The notes under the pieces were generated by a model. That model had not been told where the DNA came from, did not search any database, and saw nothing but the letters and a program-made list of their open reading frames with translations. Positions 39,540-49,843 of a stretch of DNA of 62,330 bases are shown piece by piece. The stretch's first letter is position 1; the number at the start of each line of letters is the position of its first letter. Source of the stretch: Syntrophales bacterium (lineage in GTDB: Bacteria; Desulfobacterota; Syntrophia; Syntrophales; JACQWR01); contig JBAQLR010000126.1 in assembly GCA_049302035.1 (NCBI GenBank), forward strand, positions 1-62,330, in the 5' to 3' direction. The position numbers were made by a program, and so were the translations under genes.

Positions 39540-40820
39540 TTAACGTATCTTCTTGATAATCAGTTTGTCCACCCGGTTGCCGTCAAGGTCAACGATTTCG
39601 ATCTCAAAGTCCTGCCAGGTGAATTTTTCGCCGGGGTGGGGAATGCGCTTGAGGACGTGGATCGCCAGACCGGCCAGGGTATCGAATTTAATTTTGCTTT
39701 TGTCAAAGCCTTTGATGTCGAACTCATAGGCAAATTCATAGAAGGACATATCCCCATCCGCCAGCCAGGTGCCGTCTTCGCGCTGAACAACCTGCGGCTC
39801 GTCGGGACTTGGTTCATTGAAGTCTCCCACGAGGGCCTCCAGAATGTCGTTCAACGTCACCATGCCCACCGTCGAACCATACTCGTCCACCACCAGCCCG
39901 TAATGAATCTTATTCCTCTTGAACAATTCGAGGGTGGCATAGGCGGAAAGGGTTTCCGGCACAAACTGGGCCGGCTCAACCTGTTCTGTGATATGAAAAG
40001 CATCGCCACCGATATTGCCGTGGAAAAGGTTCTTGATAGTTACTACGCCCAAGACCCGATCCAAGTCACCTTCGCAGACGGGATAAACCGAATAGAGCTC
40101 GGCATTGATTTTATCCAGCAGTTGCTGAGGGGAATCATGGACGTCCAGCCAGACCATGTCGGAGTGATGCGTCATCAGGGAACTGACCTTGCGGTCACCC
40201 AGATGGAAGACCCTCTCCACGATATCCTGCTCGATTTCCTGTACCTCGCCATCCTCGGCGCCTTCCTGCACCATGGCCTTGATTTCCTCTTCCGTCACCT
40301 TGGAGTTTGCAGAGGGCTTGATTCCCATCAGGCGAATAATCACCTCGCTGCAACGGGCAAGAATCCAGGCAACGGGGTGAAGCAGGTAGGCCAGGCCAAG
40401 AAGCGGACGAATCATAGCCTTGGAGATCCCTTCCGGGTTGGTGAGACCAATCTGTTTTGGCACCAGCTCACCGATCACGATGGAAGCAATAGTTGCCAGG
40501 AACACAACTGCAACCAGGGCCAGCGAACGGACATGGGCCGGGTGAAACCCTGAGCCGGCCAAAAAAGAGGCCACCCCTGTCGCAATCTCCTCGCTGTAAA
40601 CCCCCGTAATGATGCCGATCAAAGTAATCCCGATCTGCACAGTGGACAGAAACCTGGCCGGCGCCAGGGAATTTTCGAGCGCCAATTCTGCCAGCTTGTC
40701 GCCCTGCCGGGCATCGATGTCGAGCTTGGTCTTACGGGCAGCAACCAGGGCAATCTCCGCCATGACAAAAATACCGTTCGTCAGAATGAGTATTAACAGG
40801 ATAACAATTGCCGTGGTCAT
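39540..40820 (-). CDS. CNNM/TlyC-family membrane protein (DUF21 - CBS pair - CorC_HlyC)
   Basis: 426 aa with 4 N-terminal TM segments, a CBS pair and a C-terminal CorC/HlyC transporter-associated domain. Confidence 0.85.
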   Translation of the reverse strand: MTTAIVILLILILTNGIFVMAEIALVAARKTKLDIDARQGDKLAELALENSLAPARFLSTVQIGITLIGIITGVYSEEIATGVASFLAGSGFHPAHVRSLALVAVVFLATIASIVIGELVPKQIGLTNPEGISKAMIRPLLGLAYLLHPVAWILARCSEVIIRLMGIKPSANSKVTEEEIKAMVQEGAEDGEVQEIEQDIVERVFHLGDRKVSSLMTHHSDMVWLDVHDSPQQLLDKINAELYSVYPVCEGDLDRVLGVVTIKNLFHGNIGGDAFHITEQVEPAQFVPETLSAYATLELFKRNKIHYGLVVDEYGSTVGMVTLNDILEALVGDFNEPSPDEPQVVQREDGTWLADGDMSFYEFAYEFDIKGFDKSKIKFDTLAGLAIHVLKRIPHPGEKFTWQDFEIEIVDLDGNRVDKLIIKKIR

Positions 40821-40989
40821 AATTTATTATATTTTCCCGAGCCCATGGAGAGAATCACCCCTGCGGCAAATTATAACATCCTTGACGCATGCCAACCCCC
40901 TCACTGATGGCCCATTAAAGCATTGAGTGAGTTTTTTGTCGAGGGAAAAATGGTTGACACCGAGATTCATTCTGATTTAGGCTGCGCCG

Positions 40990-41763
40990 ATGCTAATTGA
41001 TTCGCATACCCATCTGGAAATGGATGAATTTGAGGTTGACCGGGACGCTGTCGTGGCAAGGGCCAGGCAGGCCGGGGTCAAATTCATGATCACCGTAGGC
41101 ACGACCCTTGCCAACTGCGAAAAAGCCCTGGGGCTCGCCGATCGCTATGCCGAGGTCTATGTCGCCCTGGGGATCCATCCCCACGATGCCAAGGGCATCG
41201 ATAACCACACATATGACTCACTCCGGCAACTGGCCGTCCGGGATAAAGTAGTGGCTTACGGTGAGATCGGCCTGGATTTCCATTATGACTGGTCACCCCG
41301 GCAGACACAAATTGCCAGCTTCGGTGAACAGCTGGCCCTGGCCTCCGAACTGGATTTGCCCGTCATCATCCATGACCGCGAGGCGCACCAGGAAATCCTG
41401 GCGATGTTGGGCGGGCGGCGGGGTAAGTTGCGCGGGGTAATCCACTGCTTTTCCGGGGACCGTAACATGGCCGGAAAATTTATGGATTTAGGGTTTTACA
41501 TTTCCGTACCCGGCACGGTCACCTTCAAAAAAGCGGAAGAACTGCGGCAAGTGGTGCAATATGTTCCCCTGACCAGCCTGCTGATAGAAACGGATGCCCC
41601 CTTTCTGGCCCCGCAACCCTACCGGGGAAAGCGTAACGAACCGGCCTATGTGGCCGAGACGGCGGCAAAGATAGCCGAGCTTAAAGGCCTCGCCTACGAG
41701 GAAGTTGCCCAGGCCACAACGGAAAACGCCATGGAACTCTTCGGGTTAAAAGGCTTAGGATGA
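40990..41763 (+). CDS. tatD: TatD-family metal-dependent hydrolase
   Basis: Starts LIDSHTHL with conserved His/Asp/Glu positions. 257 aa. Confidence 0.9.
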   Translation: MLIDSHTHLEMDEFEVDRDAVVARARQAGVKFMITVGTTLANCEKALGLADRYAEVYVALGIHPHDAKGIDNHTYDSLRQLAVRDKVVAYGEIGLDFHYDWSPRQTQIASFGEQLALASELDLPVIIHDREAHQEILAMLGGRRGKLRGVIHCFSGDRNMAGKFMDLGFYISVPGTVTFKKAEELRQVVQYVPLTSLLIETDAPFLAPQPYRGKRNEPAYVAETAAKIAELKGLAYEEVAQATTENAMELFGLKGLG

Positions 41764-41878
41764 AAATGGATAACATCTTTTCCCTGCCGCGCACACTGCC
41801 CAAAGGCAGGTTTAAATCTGCTTGCTTCTTGCAAAGTATTAAAGTAAACAGGCAGATAACGGCTGAAAGAAGTTAAAT

Positions 41879-42559
41879 ATGGCGGAGGAAACTAGTTGTA
41901 TCTTCGTTGTTGCCGGCGGCCCCTTGGGCAGCCATGATTTTTTCCGGGCGCAGACAGCGCTCTTTTGTCCTGGCGAGCTTGTTTGTGCCAATGGCGGCGC
42001 TCGTCACCTCAAAAATCTGGGCATGACACCGCAGGTAATCATCGGCGATATGGATTCCCTGACGCCGGAAATCCTGGCTCACTTTATGGAAAGAGGCAGC
42101 CACATCAGGCGCCGCCCAAGGGAAAAGAAGGAAACGGACACTCAGCTCGCCCTGGAATATGCCTGGCAGTTGTTGCCCACAGAAGTAAGAATATACGGGG
42201 GCATGGGGGGCAGAATAGATCACACCCTGGCCAACATCTCTCTCCTGGCGGCGGGGGCGAACAAAGGTGTTCCAACCAAGCTGGTCGATGAATGGTGCGA
42301 AGTTTCCGTCATTACAAAGAGCACGGTGATTGAAGGGTTGATCGGCCAAACAGTTTCTCTTTTCCCCCTTGCCTCCCCGGCGACAGGGATAGAACTGAAG
42401 GGTTTTACCTATCCCCTTAACGGAGGCAGGATGGAGATCGGTTTTCCCTACGGAATCAGCAATCTGCTGGCCGCAGACCGCGCCGTCGTTTCGGTGGCCA
42501 ACGGCAGCCTTTTACTGGTGAAATATCACCAACCGGGCCACTTCCCTGCAGGCGATTAG
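41879..42559 (+). CDS. thiN: thiamine diphosphokinase
   Basis: ..VVAGGP..VCANGGARHL..IIGDMDS.. motif followed by a C-terminal thiamine-binding beta domain. Confidence 0.75.
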   Translation: MAEETSCIFVVAGGPLGSHDFFRAQTALFCPGELVCANGGARHLKNLGMTPQVIIGDMDSLTPEILAHFMERGSHIRRRPREKKETDTQLALEYAWQLLPTEVRIYGGMGGRIDHTLANISLLAAGANKGVPTKLVDEWCEVSVITKSTVIEGLIGQTVSLFPLASPATGIELKGFTYPLNGGRMEIGFPYGISNLLAADRAVVSVANGSLLLVKYHQPGHFPAGD

Positions 42560-42560
42560 G

Positions 42561-43358
42561 ATGAAACCGGTGCGCATCCTGTCTATCGCGGGCTCCGATC
42601 CAAGCGGCGGGGCGGGCCTTCAGGCCGACGTGAAAACCATTACCATCCTGGGCGGTTTTGCCATGACCGTAATTACGGCCCTGACCGTCCAGAATACGCT
42701 GGGTGTACAGGAGATTGTTGCCCTACCGCCTGACCTCGTGGCCAGGCAGTTTGATGCTTTGGCTGCGGACATTGGTTTTGATGCGATAAAAACCGGAATG
42801 CTGCCGAACCGGGCAGTTTTGGAAACAGTGGTCGCCAGGATCAGAACCTACGGACTCGCCAGGGTCATTATAGACCCGGTCCTGGCGGCCAAACGGGGAG
42901 AAGCACTCATGGATGCGGACACGATCCCCCTGCTTAAGGAAGAATTGCTGCCCCTTGCCCAATTGGTTACACCCAACATCCCCGAGGCAGAGATTTTATC
43001 CGGCATCATCATCACCGGCCCGGAAGATATGAAGAAAGCGGCCCTGATCATACGTCAAACGGGGGTGGGCAATGTTCTTATCAAGGGCGGGCACCTACCG
43101 GGCAGGAATACAGAGGCGCTTGATATTCTTTACGATGGCCGCAACTTTCATGAATTCCGAGCGCCACACATTGACACCAAGAACACCCACGGCACGGGTT
43201 GCACCTTTGCCTCAGCCATTGCCACCTTCCTGGCCGCAGGCTACGACATGCCGGAGGCGGTGGCCAAGGCCAAGAACTATGTCACGGAGGCGATCCGGCA
43301 TGCCTGGCCGCTGGGCAAAGGGCGGGGGCCGCTCAACCATCTGGCCCCCCGCCGGTGA
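42561..43358 (+). CDS. thiD: hydroxymethylpyrimidine/phosphomethylpyrimidine kinase ThiD
   Basis: Ribokinase-like fold with IAGSDPSGGAGLQAD and HGTGCTFASAIA. Confidence 0.9.
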   Translation: MKPVRILSIAGSDPSGGAGLQADVKTITILGGFAMTVITALTVQNTLGVQEIVALPPDLVARQFDALAADIGFDAIKTGMLPNRAVLETVVARIRTYGLARVIIDPVLAAKRGEALMDADTIPLLKEELLPLAQLVTPNIPEAEILSGIIITGPEDMKKAALIIRQTGVGNVLIKGGHLPGRNTEALDILYDGRNFHEFRAPHIDTKNTHGTGCTFASAIATFLAAGYDMPEAVAKAKNYVTEAIRHAWPLGKGRGPLNHLAPRR

Positions 43359-43441
43359 AAAGGATAAGATTGATGCACCCGGAAACATTGCTTTAAGATT
43401 AATAGGAACGGGGCAGGTTGAGACTGCCGGGAGGATAAAAG

Positions 43442-44728
43442 ATGACGCAACTGGAAATGGCAATAAACGGGCAAATCTCGGAAGACATGGAGATATGCGC
43501 CGCGCAGGAAGGAGTATCCCCAGAATTTATCAGGGCCGGCGTGGCGGCTGGCAATATTGTGGTCGTCCGCAACAACCGGCACGCCTCGATTAAGCCGCTG
43601 GCCGTGGGCAAGGGATTGCGGACCAAGGTCAACGCCAATATCGGCACCTCCGGCGATCATGCCGATTGGAAGCTGGAGCTGGCCAAGGTGCAGGTGGCGA
43701 CGGCGGCGGGCGCCGATACGCTCATGGATCTCTCCACTGGCGGCGATCTGGCCGCCATCCGTAAGGCGATCATGCAGGCTTCAACCCTGGCCGTTGGCAC
43801 CGTGCCGATTTATCAGGCCGCCGCCGCCATGATTGCCCAGGGCAAAGCCGTCACGGCCATGACGGCCGATGCCCTCTTTGCCGTCATCGAAGAAAACGGT
43901 GACGACGGGGTGGATTTCCTCACCGTGCACTGTGGCGTGACACGCCGGAGCCTGGATTGCCTTAATGCCCAGGGGCGGTTGCTGGGAATTGTCAGCCGGG
44001 GCGGTTCCATCACGGCCAACTGGATGAAGTGCAGCGGCCAGGAAAATCCGCTCTACGAATACTATGATCGCCTGCTGACCATTGCCCGACACTACGACAT
44101 GGTCTTGAGTCTGGGTGATGGCCTGCGGCCGGGATGTCTGGCCGATGCCACCGACCGGGGACAATTGCAGGAACTTATCCTCCTGGGAGAGCTGGCGAAA
44201 AGGGCCAGGGAAAAAGGCGTGCAGGTCATGATCGAGGGGCCGGGACATGTCCCGATCCAGGACATAGAGGCTAACATCCGGTTGGAGAAAAGCATCTGCA
44301 ATGACGCGCCTTTTTATGTGCTAGGCCCTTTGCCCACCGACATTGCGCCCGGTTACGACCATATTACCGCCGCGATCGGCGGGGCCATTGCCGGCGCCGC
44401 CGGCGCAGATTTTCTCTGCTACGTCACGCCTTCCGAACACCTGCGGCTGCCAACCCTGGAAGATGTACGGGAAGGGGTCATGGCATCCCGCATTGCCGCC
44501 CACATTGCCGATCTGGCCAAAGGCCTGCCCGGGGCCATGGCCAGGGATCTCGCCATGGCCAAAAACAGAAAGGAACTGAATTGGCAGGGACAGATCGACA
44601 GCGCCCTCGATCCGGAAAAGGCGGAAAGGTTGCTGGAAATCAGCGCTAAAGCCAAGGAAAAAGGTTGCACCATGTGTGGAGAACTATGCGCCATCAAGTT
44701 GGGGGCGGATACCCCCGTGAAAATTTGA
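43442..44728 (+). CDS. thiC: phosphomethylpyrimidine synthase ThiC (short form)
   Basis: 428 aa with a conserved ThiC core and the C-terminal CTMCGELCA Fe-S motif. Confidence 0.9.
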   Translation: MTQLEMAINGQISEDMEICAAQEGVSPEFIRAGVAAGNIVVVRNNRHASIKPLAVGKGLRTKVNANIGTSGDHADWKLELAKVQVATAAGADTLMDLSTGGDLAAIRKAIMQASTLAVGTVPIYQAAAAMIAQGKAVTAMTADALFAVIEENGDDGVDFLTVHCGVTRRSLDCLNAQGRLLGIVSRGGSITANWMKCSGQENPLYEYYDRLLTIARHYDMVLSLGDGLRPGCLADATDRGQLQELILLGELAKRAREKGVQVMIEGPGHVPIQDIEANIRLEKSICNDAPFYVLGPLPTDIAPGYDHITAAIGGAIAGAAGADFLCYVTPSEHLRLPTLEDVREGVMASRIAAHIADLAKGLPGAMARDLAMAKNRKELNWQGQIDSALDPEKAERLLEISAKAKEKGCTMCGELCAIKLGADTPVKI

Positions 44729-46095
44729 CGCCCGTCCTGCGGGAAAGACTGGCGGCCTTACCGGCATCGCTGCACGTTATCCTGCGCCGGTTGCGCTCCA
44801 CCGGTCACGAAACCTACCTTGTGGGCGGCTGCGTCCGTGACCTGCTCCGCGGCATCCTGCCGGGGGATTATGACATCGTCACATCCGCCCTGCCGGAGGA
44901 GATAAGGTTGCTCTTCGCCCATACCATCCCCCTGGGGATAAGCTTCGGGATAGTGCTGGTTATCGAAGGCGGCGAAAATTATGAAGTGGCCACCTTCCGC
45001 ACGGAGAAGGACTACCTCGACGGCCGCCATCCCACCTGTGTCGAGCTTGCCACGGCAGAAGAGGATGTCCGGCGCCGGGACTTCACCATTAACGGCCTCC
45101 TGATGGATCCCGAGACGGGACAGGTCCTCGATTATGTAGGGGGCCGCGCAGATATCGAGCGGCGCCTGCTGCGCACCATCGGTAATCCGCGACAGCGGTT
45201 TGCCGAGGATCACCTGCGGATGCTCCGGGCAGTGCGTTTCGCCGCCGGTCTCGATTATGAGATTGATGCCGATGCCCTCAAGGCGATCCAGGAAAATGCC
45301 GACGCAATCCACCGGATCAGCGCCGAGCGTATCCGGGAAGAATTGACCAGGATCATCACGCGGCCGGGCGCGCGGCGGGGCATGGAGCTGCTGGCAAAGA
45401 CCGGCTTGCTGCGGGAGATTCTCCCGGAAGTCCAGTCGCTCATCGGCATCACGCAGCCCCCCCGATTTCATCCAGAAGGCGATGTCTGGGAGCATACCCT
45501 GGCAATGCTTGCCTTACTGCCGCCAGCGGGAGTAGGGGCGCAACTTGCCTGGGGCGTGTTGCTTCATGACGTGGGCAAAGCGGTAACCCGCACTGTTGAT
45601 GCAAGGGGCGTCCATTTTTACGGCCATGTGCAAAGGGGAGAGGAAATTGCCCGTCAGATCATGGAAAGACTCCGCTTCTCCGGAGCGGATATGGAAACGG
45701 TATTGGCCTTGATTCGTGAGCATATGATATTTATGAATGTTCCGCAGATGCGCCCCAGCCGTTTGAAACGTTTTTTGAGAATGCCTGATTTTCCGCTCCA
45801 CCTGGAGCTGCACCGTCTCGATTGTCTGGGCAGCCACGGCATGCTGGATAACTACGATTTTTGCCGGACCAAACTGCAGGAGACACCGGCGGAGAAACTC
45901 CGGCCACCGCGCCTGATCACGGGCCATCAACTGATAGAGCTGGGTTTTAAGCCCGGTCCTCTTTTTGCCAAGATCCTGCAAGAGGTGGAAGACGCCCAGC
46001 TGGACGGCCTGCTCAATTTTGCGGAGGAGGCTCGCCATTATGTCATGGACCACTGGGGTGCAGAAAAGGATTCACATGGTTTACAATCCCGGTAA
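44725..46095 (+). CDS. cca: CCA tRNA nucleotidyltransferase / poly(A) polymerase family protein with an HD domain
   Basis: YLVGGCVRDLL..DYDI nucleotidyltransferase head and an HD motif LLHDVGK. The start is uncertain. I favour the TTG at 44725, which overlaps the thiC TGA (TTGA), over the in-thiC ATG at 44665. Confidence 0.8.
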   Translation: MTPVLRERLAALPASLHVILRRLRSTGHETYLVGGCVRDLLRGILPGDYDIVTSALPEEIRLLFAHTIPLGISFGIVLVIEGGENYEVATFRTEKDYLDGRHPTCVELATAEEDVRRRDFTINGLLMDPETGQVLDYVGGRADIERRLLRTIGNPRQRFAEDHLRMLRAVRFAAGLDYEIDADALKAIQENADAIHRISAERIREELTRIITRPGARRGMELLAKTGLLREILPEVQSLIGITQPPRFHPEGDVWEHTLAMLALLPPAGVGAQLAWGVLLHDVGKAVTRTVDARGVHFYGHVQRGEEIARQIMERLRFSGADMETVLALIREHMIFMNVPQMRPSRLKRFLRMPDFPLHLELHRLDCLGSHGMLDNYDFCRTKLQETPAEKLRPPRLITGHQLIELGFKPGPLFAKILQEVEDAQLDGLLNFAEEARHYVMDHWGAEKDSHGLQSR

Positions 46096-46849
46096 AGGGC
46101 TAAGGAGTGGCACAGTTCTCCCTATCCTGGCCCTCCTTTTCTTGGTCGAATGCGCTGGCCCCACCATACCGTACCGGGAAATTAGGGAAGCAAGAAAAAA
46201 GGCCCTGGCCCGCATGGGCTATACCGTTCAGGTCGGCGCCTTTGCCAGGGTGGAAAATGCCTCCCGGCTGACGGAGACCCTGCATGGGCAAGGTGTGGAT
46301 GCGACCTATTTTCTGGCCGAAAAGGGGCTCTTTAAGGTGCGCTTCGGCAACTTTACCACCCGTACTGACGCCCTTAAACGCGCTCAATCGCTTCAGGAAG
46401 CAGACGTCATTGCCGATTATTACGTCGTCAGCCCCGGACAATATGCCGCCGCCCGGGCAGGCATCAACCCTGCCGCGCTTCGGGCGGAACTTGTCAAAAC
46501 GGCGCGCAGCTTTATTGGTGTGCCCTACCTTTGGGGCGGCGACGGACTTAATAACGGTTTTGACTGCAGCGGCTTGACGATGACCGTCTATCAGCTAAAC
46601 GGTCTTGACCTGCCCCGCACCTCCCAGGAGCAAAGCAATGCCGGTAGCCCCGTCGCGCGCGACCGTTTAGTAGAAGGTGATCTCATCTTTTTCCACGCCG
46701 CCGAAGGCCGCAAGGTCTCGCATGTGGCCCTTTACATCGGCGGCGATCGCTTCATTCATGCGCCGGGCCGAGGTAAAAAAATATGCATCGATTCCCTGGA
46801 TCGACCATATTTCCAAAAACGATTTGTAAAAGGATCTTCTTATCTTTAA
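46076..46849 (+). CDS. SPOR-domain NlpC/P60 peptidoglycan endopeptidase lipoprotein
   Basis: Lipobox LFLVEC, a SPOR repeat (YTVQVGAFARVENASRLTETL..FKVRFGNF) and an NlpC/P60 domain with GFDCSGL and HVALYIG. The start is set at the ATG at 46076. Confidence 0.8.
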   Translation: MVYNPGKGLRSGTVLPILALLFLVECAGPTIPYREIREARKKALARMGYTVQVGAFARVENASRLTETLHGQGVDATYFLAEKGLFKVRFGNFTTRTDALKRAQSLQEADVIADYYVVSPGQYAAARAGINPAALRAELVKTARSFIGVPYLWGGDGLNNGFDCSGLTMTVYQLNGLDLPRTSQEQSNAGSPVARDRLVEGDLIFFHAAEGRKVSHVALYIGGDRFIHAPGRGKKICIDSLDRPYFQKRFVKGSSYL

Positions 46850-46861
46850 GTTTTTTCCCTT

Positions 46862-49492
46862 ATGTGGTATAGGCCCGCGAGCATGAAGGGTACGGTGATG
46901 AAACGGAAAATGAACTGGCGAAAAATATCTGACAATTTGTCCATGGAAAACAAGGGGCTCCACCACTCGCTGAGTGTGGCCTTTGCCTTTTTCTTCCTCT
47001 TTCCCTTGCTGGGGTTTGCGTATTTTATCCTCAAATACGATCTGCTACAGGATAATCTTATTCCCTTTGTCGCCCTGGCCCTGCTGATTTCCGCGCTTGC
47101 CGGGTATAACATCATCCGGAAGATATTCGACGATATCCGGACTACCTCGCAGGGCATGGAAAAAACAATTGCCCAAGACCTTAAAGACGTCGTCCCAGTA
47201 AGCAATCTCAGCGAAACACAGGGCATCATCCAGTCTTTTCGCACCCTGGAGAAGGAACTGCTCGGCAGCTTCCGTAAGCTGGACCGGCGTGTTTCGCAGA
47301 TTTCCATCCTGAAAGAACTCTCTGACCTTTGCTATGTCACCTTTGATACGGAGGACCTTTTCTATGTAACCCTGGAACGGGCCATGAAATTAGCCGATGC
47401 TGACATCGGTTCCGTCCTGATTCTGGAGCAACCGAAACGGGAATCATTTATCATGCAGGCCAACATCGGGCACGAGGGCAGGTTGAGTAAAGGAGACCGG
47501 ATCGCTTTTGCGGACAGCATCGCCAAATACGCCGTGATCAATAAATCCCCTCTCCTGGTGGATGACATTGAGACAGACTTCCGCTTTGCCCGCTCCAACC
47601 GTGCCCAATACGGAGCCAGGGCTTTCCTCTGCATGCCCTTAAAAGGCATCAAAGAGGTTATTGGCGTACTGAACCTGTCGCGACGCGAATCGTCGCTCCC
47701 CTTTACCCAGGATGATATCGCGGTTCTAAGCCCGCTCTTGAGCAGCGCCGCCTTCACCTATGACAATCTTGCTTTGATGAAAAAGTATGAGGCCGGTGAG
47801 TTGCATCTCAAGGTATTGAATGACCTGCACGCCATCTTGACCTCCAGCCTCCGGGACAGCGAACGCTTGCAAGCCCTGCTGAAGAAGATCCGCGAAGATG
47901 TCCCCTGCGATGTAGCCATGATCCTGGTGGAAAACGAAAATAATCCCGGCCATATGAGCCTGGCGGCCTTCCTGGCCGATATGCAAGTCTCCATGCCGCA
48001 GCAAAAGGACTATCCCTACGCCGACACCGTTCTGGAACAGGTTCTCAAGCAACGGCTCACCATAAATATAAATAATCCCTCCCAGTTACCCCACCCTGTT
48101 GAACAGGAGCTTTTTTTAAGCTGCGGGCTGCATTCCTGCCTGCTTTACCCTCTTACGGCGGGTGACATCAAAGGAGTCCTGGCAATGGGCCTGCTGCGCG
48201 GCTTCTTTGACGGCCCACCGGAACGGAATGAGGCTCTGGCCAATCTGTTGGCGCTGGCCATGGAAAAAGACCGCCTGTCGGCCTCGATCATCAAAAGGGA
48301 TCAGGAGATGACGCTCATCAAACAAATTGGCAGCCTCCTGGCCGCTTCTACCTTCGATATGCAGGAAGTTCTGGGACACACAATGGACCTGATCCGGGCA
48401 ACACTGGAGGTGGAGGCAGGCTCGCTCCTGTTGCTGGAGAAGGATGAACTGACCTTCAATGTAAGCTTTAACGTCAAGGAAAAGGGCGCGCCAGACGCGC
48501 TCAAGAATCTGCGGCTGAAACTGGGACAGGGGATTGCGGGCTACTGCGCCACCCGTGGCGAACCGATTATGGTCAGGAACGCCTTGGAATCGAAACAATT
48601 TTCCCCTGAATTTGACAAGCGCACCGGTTTTTCCACCCGCTCTGTCCTCTGTGTTCCTCTGATTTCCCAAAGCCGTGTAATCGGGGTTATCCAGGTAATA
48701 AATAAACTGGGGGGCGACTTCAATGACAACGATATGCGCCTGTTGCAATCCATCGCCACGACCGTCAGTATTGCCCTGGAAAATGCCCGCCTCTATCAGG
48801 AAACCCTCTCCGCAACGGAACATGAACGCAGTATCCGGAGCATGTTTCAGAAGTTCGTTCCCAAGGAGATCGTGGACAAGATCATCCATGACAACGACGG
48901 CGGGAGACCACCCGCCAATGAACTGAAGACCATAACCCTGATGAACATCGATATTCGGGGTTTTTCTCTCTTGGCCCGTACCCTGGGCTCCCAAAAAACC
49001 GTGGCCATCCTTAATCATTTTTTCGGCATCATGGGGGAGATTGTCTTTAAGCATGGAGGCATCGTAGATAAGTATCTGGGGGACGGCTTCCTGGCCCTGT
49101 TCGGCGCCCCGGTTTCCGATATCCATGATGCCGATCATGCCGTGGCCGCAGCCCTGGAAATGCAGGCCTCCATCGGCTCGATCAACGACCATTTTGTGGG
49201 GGAACTGGAAAGGCCGATCATTACCGGCATCAGCGTCCATACGGGTGAAGCGGTGGTAGGCAATATCGGCTTCGAAAAGAGAATGGATTATACGGTCATC
49301 GGCGACTCGGTTAACGCTGTTTTCAAGATTCAGGAAATGACCCGGTCGCTGCCCAACGGAATTCTGATCAGTGAAAAGACCCTCCGAGCCCTTTGCGACA
49401 CTCATCCTGAGGTGCGGGAACGGGATGTCTATAACAGCGGAGAGTTCCCGGAGGCATTAATGATTTACGAAGTGCTGTGTGGGCAGGGGTGA
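46862..49492 (+). CDS. membrane-anchored triple-GAF class III adenylate/guanylate cyclase
   Basis: Two N-terminal TM segments, three GAF-like regions, and a C-terminal CYCc domain (IDIRGFS..KYLGDGFLALFGAP..GEAVVGNIG). The start is ambiguous among ATGs at 46862-46910. Confidence 0.85.
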   Translation: MWYRPASMKGTVMKRKMNWRKISDNLSMENKGLHHSLSVAFAFFFLFPLLGFAYFILKYDLLQDNLIPFVALALLISALAGYNIIRKIFDDIRTTSQGMEKTIAQDLKDVVPVSNLSETQGIIQSFRTLEKELLGSFRKLDRRVSQISILKELSDLCYVTFDTEDLFYVTLERAMKLADADIGSVLILEQPKRESFIMQANIGHEGRLSKGDRIAFADSIAKYAVINKSPLLVDDIETDFRFARSNRAQYGARAFLCMPLKGIKEVIGVLNLSRRESSLPFTQDDIAVLSPLLSSAAFTYDNLALMKKYEAGELHLKVLNDLHAILTSSLRDSERLQALLKKIREDVPCDVAMILVENENNPGHMSLAAFLADMQVSMPQQKDYPYADTVLEQVLKQRLTININNPSQLPHPVEQELFLSCGLHSCLLYPLTAGDIKGVLAMGLLRGFFDGPPERNEALANLLALAMEKDRLSASIIKRDQEMTLIKQIGSLLAASTFDMQEVLGHTMDLIRATLEVEAGSLLLLEKDELTFNVSFNVKEKGAPDALKNLRLKLGQGIAGYCATRGEPIMVRNALESKQFSPEFDKRTGFSTRSVLCVPLISQSRVIGVIQVINKLGGDFNDNDMRLLQSIATTVSIALENARLYQETLSATEHERSIRSMFQKFVPKEIVDKIIHDNDGGRPPANELKTITLMNIDIRGFSLLARTLGSQKTVAILNHFFGIMGEIVFKHGGIVDKYLGDGFLALFGAPVSDIHDADHAVAAALEMQASIGSINDHFVGELERPIITGISVHTGEAVVGNIGFEKRMDYTVIGDSVNAVFKIQEMTRSLPNGILISEKTLRALCDTHPEVRERDVYNSGEFPEALMIYEVLCGQG

Positions 49493-49843
49493 AGGCTGCA
49501 CCACATGCCGGCACGTCACCAGCTTCTCTTCTTCGGCGCCTTAACCATCAAGCCTGTCTGGGCGGGGGAAGCGCTGATTGCCGTCGTCAAAAAAAAATTA
49601 TTGACATAGCAAAATATTTATAATAGGTCCGATGACGTTTTTCCGCTTAACAAGGCGCCTTTACAGCAATTTCTTAAGCTGGTTCATCGACGCAGTTCCC
49701 CACAAAAGAGAAAACAGGCTCGCCGAACATCTCGGGCAAGTTTGATTTCGGGGTGGTTGGTGGTCATATCTCATGACCTGCTTCTTGGAGTATTTGGTTC
49801 TTATCGCGGCAGGTTAACAAACGTTAAAGTAGGAGTTTATTCG

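Noticed and set aside
43359-43441. A possible TPP (THI-box) riboswitch in the 83-nt leader of thiC, and another in the 115-nt region before thiN (41764-41878).
   Set aside because: Only a weak GGGGCAGGTTGAGA resemblance to the P2/J3-2 CUGAGA region is present. The ACCUGAUCUGGAUAAUGCCAGCG half is absent and the leader is too short. A cmsearch with Rfam RF00059 would settle the question.
49601-49624. TTGACA and TATAAT hexamers upstream of the por operon.
   Set aside because: The two perfect hexamers are only 12 nt apart, which is too close for one sigma-70 promoter. A promoter probably exists in this AT-rich stretch, for example ATTATT-N16-TATAAT, but I cannot place it confidently.
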